A stretch of DNA of 64,000 bases from Candidatus Latescibacterota bacterium (GTDB lineage Bacteria; Latescibacterota; UBA2968; GCA-2709665), in assembly GCA_965205485.1 (NCBI GenBank), contig OZ242180.1, forward strand, positions 4,544,001 to 4,608,000, in the 5' to 3' direction. Each line of letters starts with the position of its first letter. Positions within the stretch are counted from its first letter, which is position 1. The position numbers and the translations under genes were made by a program. This document shows, in pieces, positions 61,595-64,000 of the stretch. Under the pieces are notes generated by a model. That model saw nothing but the letters and a program-made list of their open reading frames with translations. It ran no database searches and was not told the origin of the DNA.

Positions 61595-62572
61595 ATGTAC
61601 CGACTCCTGGTTGCCGCGGTGATCATGGGCCTCTTCGCGCCTGCGTCCGCATGGGCTCAGAAGGTCGGAGATGCAGTACCGTCCTTCTCGCTCACGGGGC
61701 TGGATGACAAGACCTACATGCCCGCGAATTATGCGGGTAACGTCTTCGTGCTCTACTACCTGGGCCATAACTGAGACCTGTGCAGACAGACGGGTCCGTC
61801 TATAGAAAGACAAATCTGGAAGGCGTTCCAGGATGACGGCCTGACGGTGCTGGGACTCGACGTCTATAATGGCAGCAAATCGCAATTGCAAGCCTTTCAA
61901 AGAGTCACCGGGGTCACGTTCCCGCTTCTCCTGCGAGCCGGCCGCGCATTTCCGAGAACGCTCGGCGTTGACCATACGCTTGTCGTGGACCGCAAGGGCA
62001 CGATCCGTCACATCGGGATACGCAAACCGGCGTCAATCACCGCAACGGCCGCGCGTATCCGGGAACTGCTGAGCGTCCCGCCGCCGGCGATCAAACTTTC
62101 GGGTAGGTCACTCAACTTTGGCGAGGACGTGCCAGCCGGACTATCCAGAACGCTCACCCTGGTCGTTCACAATACCGGCGGTGTATCGCTTACGATCAGC
62201 GACATTCAATCCGATCTCGAGGAAATCTACATCAACACCACTGAGGTATCGGTCGCGGCAGGAGACAGCGCGAGGGTGGCGATCACATTCACGCCGGCCG
62301 AAACCGGTCCCTTCTCCGGCACGATTACGATTACCAGCGACGATCCGGAAAACAGAAGCATCACGGTCGCTGTTTCCGGAGCGGTCATCGTTGTCCCCGT
62401 CAATCCCCGGGCCGACTTCGACCATGACGGCAAAATCGGCTTCAGCGACTTCGTCGCCTTCGCACAGGCTTTCAACACCCGCAATGGCACCTTCGACCTG
62501 GATGGAAACGGCCTGGTTGAATTCCCGGACTTCCTGGAATTCGCCAGAAACTTCGGCAAGAGCGTGCCATGA
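61595..62572 (+). CDS. Probable exported selenoprotein, paralogue 2 (325 aa, Sec60)
   Basis: ATG 61595 after AAGGAGG. In-frame TGA 61772-61774 gives YLGHN-U-DLC-RQTGPSIERQIWKAF and continues in frame into ORF 61847-62572. Same domain layout; signal peptide ending AWA-Q. Confidence 0.88.
61775..61805 (+). promoter_or_regulatory. Bacterial SECIS-like hairpin, paralogue 2
   Basis: AGACG-[GGTC]-CGTCT perfect 5-bp stem, with the loop starting 19 nt after the TGA. Confidence 0.62.
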
Positions 62573-62596
62573 GTTCGCGCCGGGTCAATGGACGCA

Positions 62597-62628
62597 GAAA
62601 AAACACGCTGTTTCCGGCGTGTTTTTTC
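62597..62628 (+). terminator. Intrinsic terminator closing the redox operon
   Basis: GAAAAAACACGCTG-TTTC-CGGCGTGTTTTTTC. Confidence 0.8.
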
Positions 62629-62972
62629 GTTTCCAGCCTGGACGCCGCGCATGGACTGTTTGATGTTCTGACCGACTATATGATTGATAAACAGACGTTT
62701 ATTTCGATCAGACCCAGCGGTTTTTCAGAAACCCGGCAGAGTTCTCAGGCGTCTAAGAGTCATCCGGATTTCCGGACGTGGTCCGGTATGAAGGTCGTCA
62801 CCCGCAATGTGGCATCGATCGCTGCGCGGTAAACCCATTGAATCGAGTTGTGCGTACGCCCGCGTGCGGGTTTTCATTGACTGAAGACCGATAGTGGCCG
62901 CTGCCGGCCGCGCCCCTGTCAGATTGAAACAGGACAATCCAGATGGTCACGGCAAAAACGGATAATCAACTC

Positions 62973-64000
62973 ATGAAACCGGGTCACGGCACCAGTGCCG
63001 CTACAAACGACCTGTTGCCGACCGTGAAATCGTATATTGACAGGCACGGCATGATCCGGCCGGGCGATGGGGTTGTCGTTGGCGTATCGGGAGGGCCGGA
63101 CTCGGTATCGCTGCTGGATCTGCTGTCACGGCTTCGCAAATCTCTCGACCTCCGGCTCTTCGTTGCCCACCTCAACCATCAACTCAGGGGTCTGGCTTCG
63201 GATGAGGACCAGCATTTCGTTTCGGATCTCGCCGAAGCGATGGATCTTCCGTGCTTTTCCGAAAAGGCGGTCCTGCCCGACGAGGGCTCTCCTGAGGAAG
63301 CGGCTCGAGACGCCCGTCTCGCTTTCTTCAGTCGCGTCCTGCGAAACACCGGCGCTTCCCGCATCGCGTTGGGTCATACCCGCAGCGATCAGGCCGAAAC
63401 TGTCCTGATGCGACTGATTCGCGGCGCCGGTACGACCGGGCTCGGCGGGATCAGACCCATCCGCGACGGGATCTGGATCCGCCCGCTCCTCGGGGTTTCC
63501 CGGCAGCAGATACAGGCATATGTCGAACACCGGAACCTGCGCGTGCGTCACGACAATACCAACACTGAAACCCGCTTCCTCCGGAACCGGATCAGGCATC
63601 TTCTTCTGCCGGAGATCGCGTCGGATTACAACCCCTCGATCGAGGCGGTCCTTGCAAGGTCCGCGGAGATTATCCAGAGTGAAGATCAACTGCTCGGCCG
63701 GCAGGCTGAATCGGCGTACCGGAAAGCCCTGCGTTACGAGGGAAAACGAAAAATAATCCTTGATGAAAACGCCGTTTTCGGTTATCATATAGCACTTCAG
63801 CGCAGGTTGTTCAGAACGGCGCTTTTCCGACTTCGAGGTTGCTTGCGGGACCTCGATGAGAAGAGCGTCGGCCGCATGGAGAGCCTGCGGCAGACACCCG
63901 CCGGTTCGGTTCAGGTGTCTGCCGATATTTCCGTTCATCTTTCCAGCCCGTGGCTGATCCTGAGTCGGCCGACGCCGGCGTTCGAGACCGAAGTGGCCGT
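62973..64000 (+). CDS. tilS: tRNA(Ile)-lysidine synthetase, partial (runs off the right edge)
   Basis: Not in the ORF track. Manual translation gives VVGVSGGPDS (PP-loop), AHLNHQLRG, EEAARDAR, GHTRSDQAET, IRPLL, RNRIRH. Alternative start at 62943. Confidence 0.93.
   Translation, partial: MKPGHGTSAATNDLLPTVKSYIDRHGMIRPGDGVVVGVSGGPDSVSLLDLLSRLRKSLDLRLFVAHLNHQLRGLASDEDQHFVSDLAEAMDLPCFSEKAVLPDEGSPEEAARDARLAFFSRVLRNTGASRIALGHTRSDQAETVLMRLIRGAGTTGLGGIRPIRDGIWIRPLLGVSRQQIQAYVEHRNLRVRHDNTNTETRFLRNRIRHLLLPEIASDYNPSIEAVLARSAEIIQSEDQLLGRQAESAYRKALRYEGKRKIILDENAVFGYHIALQRRLFRTALFRLRGCLRDLDEKSVGRMESLRQTPAGSVQVSADISVHLSSPWLILSRPTPAFETEVA

Noticed and set aside
60559..62572. Four separate ORFs (62, 197, 77, 241 aa) or two nonsense pseudogenes
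   Set aside because: The same TGA sits at the catalytic Cys column in both diverged copies, the frame is continuous, and a conserved hairpin follows. Recoding explains this better.
63126..63938. 270-aa minus-strand ORF
   Set aside because: It is the antisense shadow of tilS, which has clear motifs on the plus strand.

Overview
High-GC chromosomal region of a diderm bacterium. Gene style and the dockerin-like DFDxDGxxGFxDF tails suggest an FCB-related lineage such as Latescibacterota; this is an unverified inference. The window is mostly housekeeping: HU, a short RpoD-type sigma factor, rho-rpmE-prfA-prmC, a polyprenyl synthase and secDF, a long minus-strand run from yebC-ruvCAB to valS and a class A PBP, a divergent EF-G paralogue, one complete rRNA operon (16S-tRNA-Ile-tRNA-Ala-23S-5S), and the start of tilS. 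Carbohydrate genes and two MITE families are interspersed. The standout is the operon at 58421-62628. It encodes an exported TlpA-type CxxC redoxin, a predicted outer-membrane beta-barrel whose only cysteines are a C-terminal CxxxxC pair, and two tandem paralogous exported proteins that the ORF track splits at an in-frame TGA. Read through, each TGA gives a UxxC redoxin active site followed by a SECIS-like hairpin, then an Ig-like domain and a dockerin-like tail. These are probable secreted selenoproteins in a putative trans-envelope redox relay. Also notable are a sigma-54 promoter that appears to drive a sigma-70-family gene beside its likely activator, 16S mismatches at the 341F/EUB338 site, and an alpha/beta hydrolase lacking catalytic residues.
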